Part shown: positions 8,174-17,714 of the stretch, one piece after another | Numbering within the stretch: position 1 is the first letter of the stretch | Layout: the number at the start of each line of letters is the position of its first letter | From: Elusimicrobiota bacterium | GTDB taxonomy: Bacteria > Elusimicrobiota > Elusimicrobia > UBA1565 | Length of the DNA stretch: 31,616 nucleotides | Assembly: GCA_043819795.1 (NCBI GenBank) | Contig: JBDREN010000008.1 | Coordinates: 1-31,616, forward strand | Direction: 5' to 3' | Notes under the pieces: model-generated | What the model was told of the DNA's origin: nothing | The model's input: only the letters and a program-made list of their open reading frames with translations | Database searches by the model: none | Position numbers and translations under genes: made by a program

Positions 8174-10333
8174 TCATCTTCCTCCCTGATTCACTTCCGA
8201 TAGTCTACGAGATTCCGACTCTCGCGCCCGCGGCGCGGCGCCGTCCAGGAGCCGTACCAACTCCAGGGGATCGCTTGTCGGCAGCGCGCAGGCGAAGTCC
8301 CCGCAGACGTACGCGGCCGGCTCGCCCTTCAAGGGGACCATCCCCTTGAGGACCGGCAGGCGCCGCGCCATGCGCTCCCTTTCCTTCCCGGAAGGCAGGA
8401 CGATGAGCGTCCTCGCGGGAAGGCGGCGGGAATGCACCACGCGCAATAGCGCGCGCGTCCCCGGGTGGTCCGGAGCGCCCGCGATGATGATCTGCCGGGG
8501 CGGGGAAGCGAGCCGGCCGGCCGCCGCGAGCATCAGCATCATGGAGCGCGGCGCGGCGCGCAGCTGCCCGCCGTATCCCGCCAGCGTCCTCTCCGCCGCC
8601 TTCCGGTAGTCCTCGCGCCCGGTCAACTCCGCCAGGCGGAGCAAAGACAGGCAAGCCACGGAAGCGGCGCTCGGCTCCACCCCGTCGGAATCCTCCTTCA
8701 TCCTCGCCAGCAGGCGCGGGGCCCGCCCCTTGGCCGTCATGTAATAGCCGCCCCGCTCGGGGTCGAAGAAGTCTCTTTGAAGGGTGTCGGCGAGCTCCAG
8801 GGCCCAATCGAGCCAGTCCGGATCGAAGGAGGCCTCGTAGAGGTCCACCAGCCCCTGGGCCAAGAATGCGTAGTCGTCGGCCATCCCGGCCACGGCCCTC
8901 TCCCCCTCCCGCCAGCGGTGCCAGAGCTTCCGGGCGCCGGGCTCGTAGAGCGCCTTCCGGATGAATCGCGCCGCCTCCTCGGCCGCTTTCAGATACGCGG
9001 GCTCCTCGAACGCCTGGTATCCCTTCGCGAACGCCGAGATCATCAGCCCGTTCCAGGAGGCGAGCACCTTGTCGTCGAGGTGGGGCCTGGGGCGTTTCGC
9101 CCGGGCCTCCAGGAGCTTGCCGCGCGCGACCTCGAGCACGCGCGCGATCTCCACCTCGGTCTTGCCGAACGCCTCGGCCGTCTCCTTGAGCGTGCGCGCG
9201 GCGTAGAGGATGTTCTTCCCCTCGAACTCCCCGTGCGGGTCGTGGGGCGCGTTGCCCTCCGGCCGGACGCCGTAGCGGCGGCCGAACACCGCGCCGGCGG
9301 CCTGCCCCAAGGCCGCCACGACCTCCCGCTCGCTCCAAACGTAGAACGCTCCCTCGGCCTTCTCTTCGCCGCCGCCTTCTATCTTGCTGTCGGCGTCCTC
9401 GGCCGAGTAGAAGCCCCCCTCCGGATGCGTCATGTCCCGCAGGACGTAGTCGAGCGTCTCCCGGGCAACGCGCGCCAGCCCGGGGTCCCCGGAGGCCTGG
9501 AAGGCCTCGACGTAGTTGACCGCCAGCTGAGCGTTGTCGTAGAGCATCTTCTCGAAGTGGGGGACGCGCCAGCTCCCGTCCACGGAGTAGCGGTGGAAGC
9601 CGCCTCCCACGTGATCGTAAATGCCGCCCGCCGCCATCTCGCCGAGCTTGCGGCGCGCGATCTCGAGCGCCTCGCCGCAGCCGGTGCGCGCGTGGTGCAG
9701 GAGCAGGAAGCCGGTATCGGACGGCATGGGGAACTTCGGGCCTTGCCCCCCGTCATGCCGGGACTCGGGGAGCAGCGCCTCGAAGGCCTTGTCGAGCTGG
9801 GCGGGGGAGACGGCGGACGCTTCCCGCTCCGCCTCGGCCTGCGCCTTCAAGGCGGCCGCCACGCGCCGGGCGTCCTGGGCGATGTCCGAGCGCCGCTCCT
9901 TCCAAAGCCGCGCGATGCGGATCAGCAGCGGACGGAAGCCGGGGATGCCCTGGCGGGATTCCGGGGGGAAGTACGTCCCGCCGACGAACGGCTCCAGGTC
10001 CGGAGTCAGCCAAAGCGACAGCGGCCAGCCCCCGCCCCACCCCGCCATCAGCGCGGCCGTCATATACAGCTTATCCACGTCGGGCCGCTCCTCGCGGTCC
10101 ACCTTGACGGCCACGAAACCGCGGTTGAGGACCTCGGCGGTATTCGGGTCCTCGAAGGACTCCCGCTCCATCACGTGGCACCAATGGCAGGTGGAATAGC
10201 CGATGGAAAGGAAGATGGGCTTGTCCTCCCGGCGAGCCTTCTTGAAGGCCTCCTCCCCCCAGGGATACCAGTCCACCGGATTGCGGACGTGCTGCAAAAG
10301 ATACGGACTCTTCTCTCCGGCCAGATGGTTCAT
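8174..10333 (-). CDS. YyaL/SPATA20-type thioredoxin-domain (DUF255) protein with six-hairpin glycosidase-like fold
   Basis: [68 protein letters not shown]. Confidence 0.93.
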   Translation of the reverse strand: MNHLAGEKSPYLLQHVRNPVDWYPWGEEAFKKARREDKPIFLSIGYSTCHWCHVMERESFEDPNTAEVLNRGFVAVKVDREERPDVDKLYMTAALMAGWGGGWPLSLWLTPDLEPFVGGTYFPPESRQGIPGFRPLLIRIARLWKERRSDIAQDARRVAAALKAQAEAEREASAVSPAQLDKAFEALLPESRHDGGQGPKFPMPSDTGFLLLHHARTGCGEALEIARRKLGEMAAGGIYDHVGGGFHRYSVDGSWRVPHFEKMLYDNAQLAVNYVEAFQASGDPGLARVARETLDYVLRDMTHPEGGFYSAEDADSKIEGGGEEKAEGAFYVWSEREVVAALGQAAGAVFGRRYGVRPEGNAPHDPHGEFEGKNILYAARTLKETAEAFGKTEVEIARVLEVARGKLLEARAKRPRPHLDDKVLASWNGLMISAFAKGYQAFEEPAYLKAAEEAARFIRKALYEPGARKLWHRWREGERAVAGMADDYAFLAQGLVDLYEASFDPDWLDWALELADTLQRDFFDPERGGYYMTAKGRAPRLLARMKEDSDGVEPSAASVACLSLLRLAELTGREDYRKAAERTLAGYGGQLRAAPRSMMLMLAAAGRLASPPRQIIIAGAPDHPGTRALLRVVHSRRLPARTLIVLPSGKERERMARRLPVLKGMVPLKGEPAAYVCGDFACALPTSDPLELVRLLDGAAPRARESESRRLSEVNQGGR

Positions 10334-10339
10334 CCCGCG

Positions 10340-10696
10340 CTAGCCGCCTTCGGCGCCCTCGCCCAGCAGCGTTCCGGCCGCCGCGACCGCGAAGGCCTGG
10401 GAGAGCTCGCGGCCGATGGGGCCGGCGCCGATCACCGCCAGCCGCCCGGACAGGCGGTTCAGGGAGAATACCGTCTCATTGCTCAGGTACCCGGCCTCGG
10501 CCAGCCCGGGGATGGGCGGGGCGGCCGCGACCAGACCCGCCGAGCCCGCGCCCAGGACCACGAGGTTGTAGGTCCCGGCCGGCTCGGGATTGACCCAATC
10601 GGGCGGATGCGCGTTCGCGACCGTGTTTCTGTTGTGCTCATCGAAAGGATCCATGCTCACGGACGCCTCCTTGGTCTCGATCGTCTTGGTGGGCAT
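10340..10696 (-). pseudogene. Internally deleted mercuric-reductase/dihydrolipoamide-dehydrogenase-like flavoprotein remnant
   Basis: HPPDWVNPEP..YNLVVLGAGSAGLVAA is joined directly to APPIPGL..YLSNETVFSL..RLAVIGAGPIGRELSQAF. The CxxxxC redox segment and the whole C-terminal half are missing (118 aa). Confidence 0.8.
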
Positions 10697-10706
10697 GGCT
10701 TTTCTC

Positions 10707-11429
10707 CTAATCGATGCGTTTCGCGAGGGCCTTGCGCGCGATCCGGGTCACGGACACCGTCACGACGACCGTCGCCAGCAGGCCCGCCCCGTAAAAAGCC
10801 CACTCCTCCGGCACGCGCGCCCGGCCGCCGGCGCCCAGCGCGGCCAGATCGCCGGCGAGCGACCCGATATAGACGTACATGACGGTCCCGGGGATCATGC
10901 CGAGCCAGGAACCGAAAAAGTAGTCGCGCAGGGAGACCTTGGTCAGTCCGAAGGCGTAGTTGAGCAGGTTGAACGGGAAGACGGGGGAGAGGCGGGTCAG
11001 GCCGACGATCTTGAATCCCTCCTCGGCGACGGCCGCGTCGATCGCACGGAAGCCCGCCTTGCCCGCGATCTTCCCGGAGACCCAGCCGCGCGCCAGGTAC
11101 CGGCCGATCAGGAAGGCGGCCGTGGCGCCCAGCGTCGACGCCACCGAGACCAGCACCGATCCCCGCACGACGCCGAAGAGAAGGCCCGCTCCCAGCGTCA
11201 GCACCGAGCCGGGCAAAAACAGCACCGTGGCGAGGATATAGGCCGCGGCGAACGCGACAGGCGCCATGGCTCCGAGCGCGTCGATCCAGGCGAGCGCCTC
11301 CCGCAACACCTGCCGGATATCGACGGTCCGCGCGAGCGCGACGACGACCAGCAGGCCGGCGATCCAGAGGACCGGCTTGAGGGCGGCGCAACGGCCCTCC
11401 CCGCCCGCCTCCGACACCGCCTGGGCCAT
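10707..11429 (-). CDS. TVP38/TMEM64 (DedA/SNARE-associated) membrane protein
   Basis: LFLPGSVLTLGAGLLFG, GATAAFLIGRY, RLSPVFPFNLLNYAFGLT; GAGGAGG RBS before the ATG at 11429. Confidence 0.92.
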   Translation of the reverse strand: MAQAVSEAGGEGRCAALKPVLWIAGLLVVVALARTVDIRQVLREALAWIDALGAMAPVAFAAAYILATVLFLPGSVLTLGAGLLFGVVRGSVLVSVASTLGATAAFLIGRYLARGWVSGKIAGKAGFRAIDAAVAEEGFKIVGLTRLSPVFPFNLLNYAFGLTKVSLRDYFFGSWLGMIPGTVMYVYIGSLAGDLAALGAGGRARVPEEWAFYGAGLLATVVVTVSVTRIARKALAKRID

Positions 11430-11453
11430 GCCGCCTCCTCTGTCTCCTCTCAT

Positions 11454-11484
11454 CTATGAGTGCCGATGGGGCGAAAGACGTTAC
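11454..11484 (-). promoter_or_regulatory. Putative ECF-sigma promoter upstream of the TVP38 gene
   Basis: GTAAC-16 nt-GCACTCATAG; same motif and spacing at three other loci in the window. Confidence 0.75.
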
Positions 11485-11500
11485 ATGCCCGCCGACGGGC

Positions 11501-11593
11501 TCAGCCGCCGGGATGCAGCTCGATGTCCGCTTACCAAGCCTCGACGCGCCCCGCCGTGTCGTCCGTATCGGTCATGATCGCGATACCGGAGAT
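11501..11593 (-). pseudogene. C-terminal stub of a DUF3047-family gene
   Basis: Reads ISGIAIMTDTDDTAGRVEAW*ADIELHPGG*, matching the DUF3047 tail GIAIMTDTDNT....A.YGDI, with TAA where the Tyr codon is expected. Confidence 0.7.
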
Positions 11594-14100
11594 CAGCAGC
11601 AGGAGCCGCCCTTGCCCCCCGCGCAGCAGCCCCCGTCCGCGGAGGCCGCGACCGGCTCCGCCGGAGCGTCCGCCGTCCTCTCGCGCCCGTCGGGCTCCAG
11701 CACCCGGAACATGCCGCCGTACGGGCCGGCCAGCAGCTTGGCCGCGGCGCCGATGCAGACCTCCACGGGCTCGTTCCTGCAGAAGAGATGCCCCTCTTCG
11801 TCCATGACGGACTTCCACGGGCCCAGGTAGACCGCTTTTTGGCCGGTGAACCGGCAGACGCTCCTCTTGGCGTACTTATGGGCGCTCACGGTCACCGAAT
11901 GAAACCGGTGTCCCCGCACCTCCTTCCAGAAGGTCCGCTTGAGCACGCGCAGCCCGTAGAAGCCGGCCCGCTCCAGCTCGGCCAGGAACTCCTCCTCGGA
12001 GAGGGCGCCGGTCAAGCACTCCCCCCACAGGCGCTCGTCCGCCTGAAGGGCGGCGGGCACGCGCCTGTCCGATACGATGTCGGCCACGCAGATGCGGCCG
12101 TGGTCCTTGAGGATGCGCCAGATCTCCCCGAAGACCTTGGGCTTGTCCGGAGAGAGGTTGAGCACGCAGTTGGAGCTCACGCAGTCCGCGCTCTCGTCTT
12201 CGACCGGGATGCGCTCCAGGAAGCCCTTGCGGAACTCGGCCACGTCGTAGCCCAGGTTGCGGGCCACCACGGGAGCGCTGCGGCGGGCCACCTCCAGCAT
12301 GGCGTCGGTCATGTCCACGCCGATCACTTTCCCCTCGGGACCGACCTTCTTGGCCGCGATGAAGCAGTCGATGCCGCCGCCCGAGCCCAGGTCAACGAAG
12401 GTCTCGCCCTCAATGAGCCCCGCTTGGCCGACCGGGGAGCCGCAGCCGTAGAACCGGTCCAGGACCTCACCCGGGATATGCCCCGTGTCCGCCGGGTCGT
12501 ACTTGACCGGGCAGCAGAGCTCCTTCCGCGGCTCCTCGGCCGCGCCGCCGTAGAACTCCTGCAGTACGCGGTAGGGCTTGTGCACGTCGAAGGCCAGCAC
12601 GCAGTTGGAATGGAGGGTGCGCACCGGCGCGTCCACCTCCAGCCACTCTTTGGTCTTGCCCGGGGCCTCGCAGGCGAGCTGCTCGGTTCCCATCGCGTAC
12701 CACACCACCGGCGCGGAGTAGCCCGTGCGCCGGTTGAAGGCCTCGGCGCGGGAGCGCGCGATCGCCTCCATGGCGTCCTTGATCGCCTCGACGTAGAGGG
12801 GATGATGGGGGTCGGACACGCCGTTCGAAAAGTAGTGGGCGTGCTCGACGTCCCCCCCGCCGGTCAGGAAGCGGAAGGGATCCGCGCTCGAAGCCATGCG
12901 CGCGAGCGAGCGCGAGCGCCAGTCGCGCGCCACGGGGCTGTCGAGCCACAGGCTCCTGAGCTTGCTCTCCTTCGCGGAGCCCAAACACAGCGCGTCCTGT
13001 CCCGCGGTCGCGGCCGTGGGGTAGACCGTTCCGTCGTGGTAGAGGCACAGGCTCTCCCAGCAGGCGTTGGAGAGGTCGTACTTCACCCCCGGCTGGCCGC
13101 GCAGGCGCTGCCGGAACGCCTCCTCGTTGTCCAGGCGCACCCCCAGCCCGGCCGCCCGGTCGCGCACGGTCCGGTACAGGTCGACGAGCTCGAGCCCGGT
13201 CGGGAAATCCGCCTCCGCGGCCCGGCCCCGCTTGTGCAGCCACATCAGGTGCAGCGACCCCGCGCCCAGGTCCCGGACCAGCTCGGGCATGGCCTCGAGG
13301 TCCCGCATATTGGACTGTGCGACCACTGTAGTCAGAGAGGTCTCGAACCCCCTCTCCACCAGAGCCTTCAGGCCCTTGCAGGCGGACTCGAAGCCGCCTC
13401 CGCCCCGGATCGCGTCGTTGACCTCCGGCGTGGCCCCGTCCAAGCTGACCTGAAACCGGACCTTGCCCCGGTCCAAAGAGTCCAGCGCGGCCAGACGCTC
13501 GCCGGTGAGCAGCGTGGCGTTGGTGAGGACGATCAGCTCGGCGTCCTTGGCCCCGGTCGCGGACTTCGCCAGCTCCGGGAAATCCGGGCGGATGAGCGGC
13601 TCGCCGCCGGTGAAATAGAATCGGTGCGTCCCCAGCTCCACGGCTTGGCCCATGACATCTCTATAGAACCCCGTATCCGCGCCCTTGGCGCCCTTTGGCC
13701 CCGAGGAAACGAGACAATGCCGGCAAGACAGGTTGCAGGTCTGAAGCAGGTGAAGCCAGAGCTCCCGCAGGGACTCGGGCGTGAGGTAGCGGTCCCGGCC
13801 GGGATACGTCTGCTTTGGGAAGGGCGAGGCCCTGAGCAGGTCGTGGCGGAGAGCGTCGCGAAGGAACTCGTGCAGCTCGAGCCAGGCTTTCGCCGGCGCC
13901 AAGCCGTAGCGGGTGCGGTACTCGTCGGCCAGACGCCCGAAAGGGGTCCTCCCGTCCGCGCGGCCCAGGATCCAGGCTCCGCGCTCGTCGGTGGCGGCCC
14001 AGTGCGGCCGGTCGGGGTCGAGCCAGAGATGGACGTCTCCCCGCTGGAACGCGTGCCAGTCGGGGCCGTGCAGTATCAGATCTTGGGTGAGCTCCATCAT
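11593..14100 (-). CDS. Fusion: PqqD-like N-domain + radical SAM + degenerate SPASM-like region + ArsM/AS3MT-type As(III) methyltransferase
   Basis: CNLSCRHC and FTGGEP (radical SAM). ELCCP, FYGCGSP, DLGSGGGID, VIGVDMT, SSNCVLNLSPDK and WGECLTGAL (ArsM motifs). C-terminal CC..CC tail. ATGA overlap with the upstream gene. Confidence 0.88.
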   Translation of the reverse strand: MMELTQDLILHGPDWHAFQRGDVHLWLDPDRPHWAATDERGAWILGRADGRTPFGRLADEYRTRYGLAPAKAWLELHEFLRDALRHDLLRASPFPKQTYPGRDRYLTPESLRELWLHLLQTCNLSCRHCLVSSGPKGAKGADTGFYRDVMGQAVELGTHRFYFTGGEPLIRPDFPELAKSATGAKDAELIVLTNATLLTGERLAALDSLDRGKVRFQVSLDGATPEVNDAIRGGGGFESACKGLKALVERGFETSLTTVVAQSNMRDLEAMPELVRDLGAGSLHLMWLHKRGRAAEADFPTGLELVDLYRTVRDRAAGLGVRLDNEEAFRQRLRGQPGVKYDLSNACWESLCLYHDGTVYPTAATAGQDALCLGSAKESKLRSLWLDSPVARDWRSRSLARMASSADPFRFLTGGGDVEHAHYFSNGVSDPHHPLYVEAIKDAMEAIARSRAEAFNRRTGYSAPVVWYAMGTEQLACEAPGKTKEWLEVDAPVRTLHSNCVLAFDVHKPYRVLQEFYGGAAEEPRKELCCPVKYDPADTGHIPGEVLDRFYGCGSPVGQAGLIEGETFVDLGSGGGIDCFIAAKKVGPEGKVIGVDMTDAMLEVARRSAPVVARNLGYDVAEFRKGFLERIPVEDESADCVSSNCVLNLSPDKPKVFGEIWRILKDHGRICVADIVSDRRVPAALQADERLWGECLTGALSEEEFLAELERAGFYGLRVLKRTFWKEVRGHRFHSVTVSAHKYAKRSVCRFTGQKAVYLGPWKSVMDEEGHLFCRNEPVEVCIGAAAKLLAGPYGGMFRVLEPDGRERTADAPAEPVAASADGGCCAGGKGGSCC

Positions 14101-15479
14101 ATTCCCCTCCGGCCGTCTCTCTTGGGGTAAGTGCCCCGCGGCTCCGGATCATTACTCCGCTCCCGCCAGCGCTCCAGATCGCGCGCCGTGTCCACGTCGA
14201 AATAAGCGGGCAGCAGCTTGACGCGCAGCGCCTCTTCGCGCGCCCGCTCCAGGGTCTTCTCGAATACGAGCGGGCCCGACCACGGGATGTCGCAAAAGAG
14301 GCCCGGCAGATGCCGGGACATGCCTATCAGATAATATCCCCCGTCTTCGGCGGGACCGACGACCAGGTCGTGGCTCTCCAACGCGTCGAAGGCCGCCGTG
14401 ATGGTCGCGGCGGGAAGGCCCGGGGAGTCCGTGCCGATCGCGCAGACCGGACCGCCGGACTCGGCGAAAGCCCGTTCGAAGGCCGCCTCCAGACGGCGCC
14501 CCAAGTCTCCCTCGGGCTGGCGCCGGAACGGGGCGCCGGGAAGTCCCAGCCAGGCGAGGTCCTCGAAGCCCGGCTCGGGGGCGTAGGACCAGACGATATC
14601 CATGCCGGACAGGCATTCCACTTCCTCGCGGACCGCCCGCGCCATCGCCGCGTAGGCCTCGGCGGCCCTCGCCGCCCCGATTTCCCGGGAGAGACGGGTC
14701 TTCACCTTCCCGGGCACGGGCGCCTTCAGGAACACGAGCAGGGAGCGCCCGCCCCTCGCCCCCTCCGCGACGCGCGAACCCTCCGGACCCGCTCCGTAGT
14801 AGTCCCTCCACAGTCTTTCCGGAGTGGCGCCCAGCGCGAAGCGCGCGCGGATCCAAGAGTTCCGCAGGGAATTGACCACGGGGCCGTTCGCTCGCAGCCG
14901 GCGCGCGGACGGGGCGATGCGCTCGGGCAGGAGAACGATGCGGCCCAGGCCGCGCAGGCGCCGTGAGAAGAGCACGTCCTCCATGAGCGGCGCCGGCGGG
15001 AAGCCTCCCGAACGCACGTAGAGCTCCCTCGGCACACAAAAGCCCGCGTCGCCGTAGGCGATCCGCCGCACCCGCACTCGGGTGTTCTGTCCCCAAGCCA
15101 CCAGGCGGTAGCTCCACCCCGGGCCGTAGTCCACGCTGAAGACCGTGGCGGCCGCCGAGGAGGACCGCTCTGGCGACCAGAACCGCTCCAGGATCTCGCA
15201 CCAGTCGGACGGCGGCCGGGTGTCGGAATGCAGGAAGAACAACAGGTCCCCGGAGGACGCCTCGGCGCCCGCGTGGAGCTGGGCCCCGCGGTTGGGAGCG
15301 CCTAGCGACACCAGGCGGTCAGCCCGCGGACGCGCGGCTTGGGCGGTGCCGTCGCGGCTGCCGCCGTCCACGACGACGATCTCCACCCTCTCCGGAGGCG
15401 AGGCCGCGCGCAGACGCTCGAGCGAAGGGGCGATGTGCCGGGCTTCGTTCCAGACCGGGACGATGATCGAGAATCTCAC
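14097..15479 (-). CDS. Fused glycosyltransferases: GT2 TIGR04283-like + DUF2064/TIGR04282-like
   Basis: N-half SIIVPVWNE, VVDGGSRDGT, NRGAQLHAGA, LFFLHSDT, YGDAGF, PLMEDV, SARR. C-half FLKAPVPGKVKTRL, QPEGDLGRRL, IGTDSP, GPAEDGGYYLIG, IPWS, DVDTARDL. Confidence 0.88.
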   Translation of the reverse strand: MRFSIIVPVWNEARHIAPSLERLRAASPPERVEIVVVDGGSRDGTAQAARPRADRLVSLGAPNRGAQLHAGAEASSGDLLFFLHSDTRPPSDWCEILERFWSPERSSSAAATVFSVDYGPGWSYRLVAWGQNTRVRVRRIAYGDAGFCVPRELYVRSGGFPPAPLMEDVLFSRRLRGLGRIVLLPERIAPSARRLRANGPVVNSLRNSWIRARFALGATPERLWRDYYGAGPEGSRVAEGARGGRSLLVFLKAPVPGKVKTRLSREIGAARAAEAYAAMARAVREEVECLSGMDIVWSYAPEPGFEDLAWLGLPGAPFRRQPEGDLGRRLEAAFERAFAESGGPVCAIGTDSPGLPAATITAAFDALESHDLVVGPAEDGGYYLIGMSRHLPGLFCDIPWSGPLVFEKTLERAREEALRVKLLPAYFDVDTARDLERWRERSNDPEPRGTYPKRDGRRGI

Positions 15480-15584
15480 GATAGCCGGCCGCCCCCTCCC
15501 GGCCCACCGGGGTCAAGGATGCCTCTCTCCCCGCGCGCCGGTCCCGAGCGGGGTCAAAGCCGCGCCGGGACGATTAGCGCTCGT

Positions 15585-16103
15585 TTACAGCTTGCCCACG
15601 AGCGGAGCCGGCACGGTGAATATCCGGGCGCCGGCCTCCTTGTCCATCATGAAGAGGGCGTTGCCGTCCCCCACGCGCTTGATCTGGCCGAGCCAGGTGC
15701 CGGCCGTGGCCTCTTCCTCCACCTGCTCTTTCACGAACCACTCCAGGAACTGCTTGGTCGCATGGTCGCGCTCCGAGATGGCGAGGTCCACCAAGCTATG
15801 GATGGAGGCCGTCACCTTCTTCTCATGCTCGAGCGTATGTTCGAACACGTCGGTCAGGGACTTGAAGTCCGAGGTCGGGGCCTCGATCGCGCCCAGGATG
15901 GCCCGCGAACCCTGCTCGCACACGTAGTTGAAGATGATCGTCGCGTGGCTCAGCTCCTCCTGGGCCTGGGTCCGCATCCATTTCGCGAACCCCGGAAGGT
16001 CCTGCGCCTCGAGATAGGAGGCCATCGACATGTACAGGTAGGCCGAATAGAATTCCTTGGTGATCTGGTCGTTCAGGGCCGCCGTCATCTTGTCGTTGAT
16101 CAT
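15585..16103 (-). CDS. ftnA: Non-heme ferritin
   Basis: LNDQITKEFYSAYLYMSM, QAQEELSHA, HEKKVT, FLEWFVKEQVEEE ferroxidase ligands; GAGGAG RBS. Confidence 0.95.
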   Translation of the reverse strand: MINDKMTAALNDQITKEFYSAYLYMSMASYLEAQDLPGFAKWMRTQAQEELSHATIIFNYVCEQGSRAILGAIEAPTSDFKSLTDVFEHTLEHEKKVTASIHSLVDLAISERDHATKQFLEWFVKEQVEEEATAGTWLGQIKRVGDGNALFMMDKEAGARIFTVPAPLVGKL

Positions 16104-16143
16104 GTTCTCTCCTCGTTCCTCAGGATGTTCCGTCGTTCCTCCG

Positions 16144-16174
16144 CTATGAGTGTCGGGCCGCCGGGCCCCGTTAC
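16144..16174 (-). promoter_or_regulatory. Putative ECF-sigma promoter upstream of ferritin
   Basis: GTAAC-16 nt-ACACTCATAG; the -35 element overlaps the TAA of the upstream CBS gene. Confidence 0.75.
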
Positions 16175-16686
16175 GCGTCCGCCTCACGCGGCGCCAGGTA
16201 GCGCATCAGATCCTCGACCCTCACGGCTCCGACCGTCCCGTCCGGCAGGCGGACCGGCAGCACGTGGTAGCGGCCCACCGCCATGTGGTGGAAGGCGAAG
16301 GCCACGGGATCGTCCGCGTCCAAGCATACCGGAAAGGCGTGCATGAGCTCGCTCACCGGCGTGTCCCCGCCCAGGCGCGCGCCGGGCGGAGCGAAAAGCA
16401 GGTCGCGCTCTCCCAGCATACCCCGCACCTCGCCCTTCTGCGTCACCATCACGCAGCAGGCCCGGTTCTCGCGCATGAGCCGCACCGCCTCGGCGAGGGA
16501 GGCGTCCGGCCCGACCGCGAGCGCCTTCCGGGGCGGGATATCCGCTATCGTCCCGCTGAGGATCTTCTCGCATAGGACGTCCTTGGGCCGCGGCATGGTC
16601 AGCGGCGCGAGCGGAGCGCTGCACGACTCGCAGGCGTCCTCGCCCGGGATGTTCTTATGGCCGCAGTCGGGGCATATGAGCTTCAT
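16171..16686 (-). CDS. CBS-pair protein with N-terminal zinc ribbon
   Basis: CPDCG..CESC followed by two CBS repeats; ATGA overlap with korB. Confidence 0.85.
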   Translation of the reverse strand: MKLICPDCGHKNIPGEDACESCSAPLAPLTMPRPKDVLCEKILSGTIADIPPRKALAVGPDASLAEAVRLMRENRACCVMVTQKGEVRGMLGERDLLFAPPGARLGGDTPVSELMHAFPVCLDADDPVAFAFHHMAVGRYHVLPVRLPDGTVGAVRVEDLMRYLAPREADA

Positions 16687-17714
16687 CGCACCTCCCAGCT
16701 GTCGGGACCCGTGAGCAGCTCCTGGAGGTCGCCGGCGCCGTCCTTCATCTGGGACCGGACGCGCTCCTCCATCAAGCCGTCGTACGTCGTGTCCGGCACG
16801 GCCCGCAGCACCCCCATGGGGGTCGGGAACTCCGGCGGCTCCAGCCGGGTCAGCAGGTACGCGTATTCCGGGCCGGTACGCTCGTTGTGGGTGAGGATGT
16901 CCGGCGGGGGATCTCCCGGCGTGAACTTGACGACCTCGGGCCTCATGCCGTTGAGCCGGATGCCGCGTTCCTTGTCCTTGCCGAACACCAAGGGCTTGCC
17001 GTGCTCCAGCTTCACCGTGAAATCGTCGCGCGTGGCCCGGTCCTCGACCTCGGAGAAGGCGCCGTTGTTGAACACTATGCAGTTCTGGTAGATTTCCACG
17101 AACGACGTGCCCTTGTGGAGCGCCGCCCGCTCCAGCACGTAGCTCAGGTGCAGGACGTCGGTGTCGACGGCGCGGGCGACGAAGGTCGCCTCCGCGGCCA
17201 GCGCGATCCTCAGCGGATGCATCGGACGCCCGATCGAGCCGTAGGGCGAGGACTTGGTCACCTTGCCCCGCTCCGATGTGGGCGAGAACTGCCCCTTGGT
17301 GAGCCCGTAGATCCGGTTATTGAAAAGCAGGATATTGATGTCCACGTTCCGGCGCATGGCGTGGATGAGGTGGTTGGCGCCGATGGACAGGCCGTCGCCG
17401 TCTCCGGTCACGACCCACACCGAGAGGTCGGGGCGGGCGCACTTGAGGCCCGTGGCAATGGCCGGGGCGCGTCCGTGGATCGAGTGGAACCCGTAGGTAT
17501 TCATGTAGTACGGGAAGCGGCTCGAGCACCCGATGCCGGAGATGAAGATTTGCTTCTCCCGCGGCGTCCCGATCCGGGCCAGGACCTTCTGGACCTGGGC
17601 CAGGATGGCGAAATCGCCGCAGCCCGGGCACCAGCGGACCAGCTGGCCCGACACGAAGTCGTTGCGCGTCAGCGGCCGGTTCGAATCCGGAGCGGGGAAG
17701 GTCCGGTCAGGCAT
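16683..17714 (-). CDS. korB: 2-oxoacid:ferredoxin oxidoreductase beta subunit
   Basis: WCPGCGD, SGIGCSSR, IHGRAPA, GDGD..NN TPP motif, YGLTKGQFSPT. Confidence 0.93.
   Translation of the reverse strand: MPDRTFPAPDSNRPLTRNDFVSGQLVRWCPGCGDFAILAQVQKVLARIGTPREKQIFISGIGCSSRFPYYMNTYGFHSIHGRAPAIATGLKCARPDLSVWVVTGDGDGLSIGANHLIHAMRRNVDINILLFNNRIYGLTKGQFSPTSERGKVTKSSPYGSIGRPMHPLRIALAAEATFVARAVDTDVLHLSYVLERAALHKGTSFVEIYQNCIVFNNGAFSEVEDRATRDDFTVKLEHGKPLVFGKDKERGIRLNGMRPEVVKFTPGDPPPDILTHNERTGPEYAYLLTRLEPPEFPTPMGVLRAVPDTTYDGLMEERVRSQMKDGAGDLQELLTGPDSWEVR

Noticed and set aside
11570..11600. Selenocysteine readthrough at the SCC-TGA end of the rSAM-ArsM gene
   Set aside because: Another TGA follows after six sense codons, no SECIS-like hairpin was recognised, and the downstream bases are explained by the DUF3047 stub.
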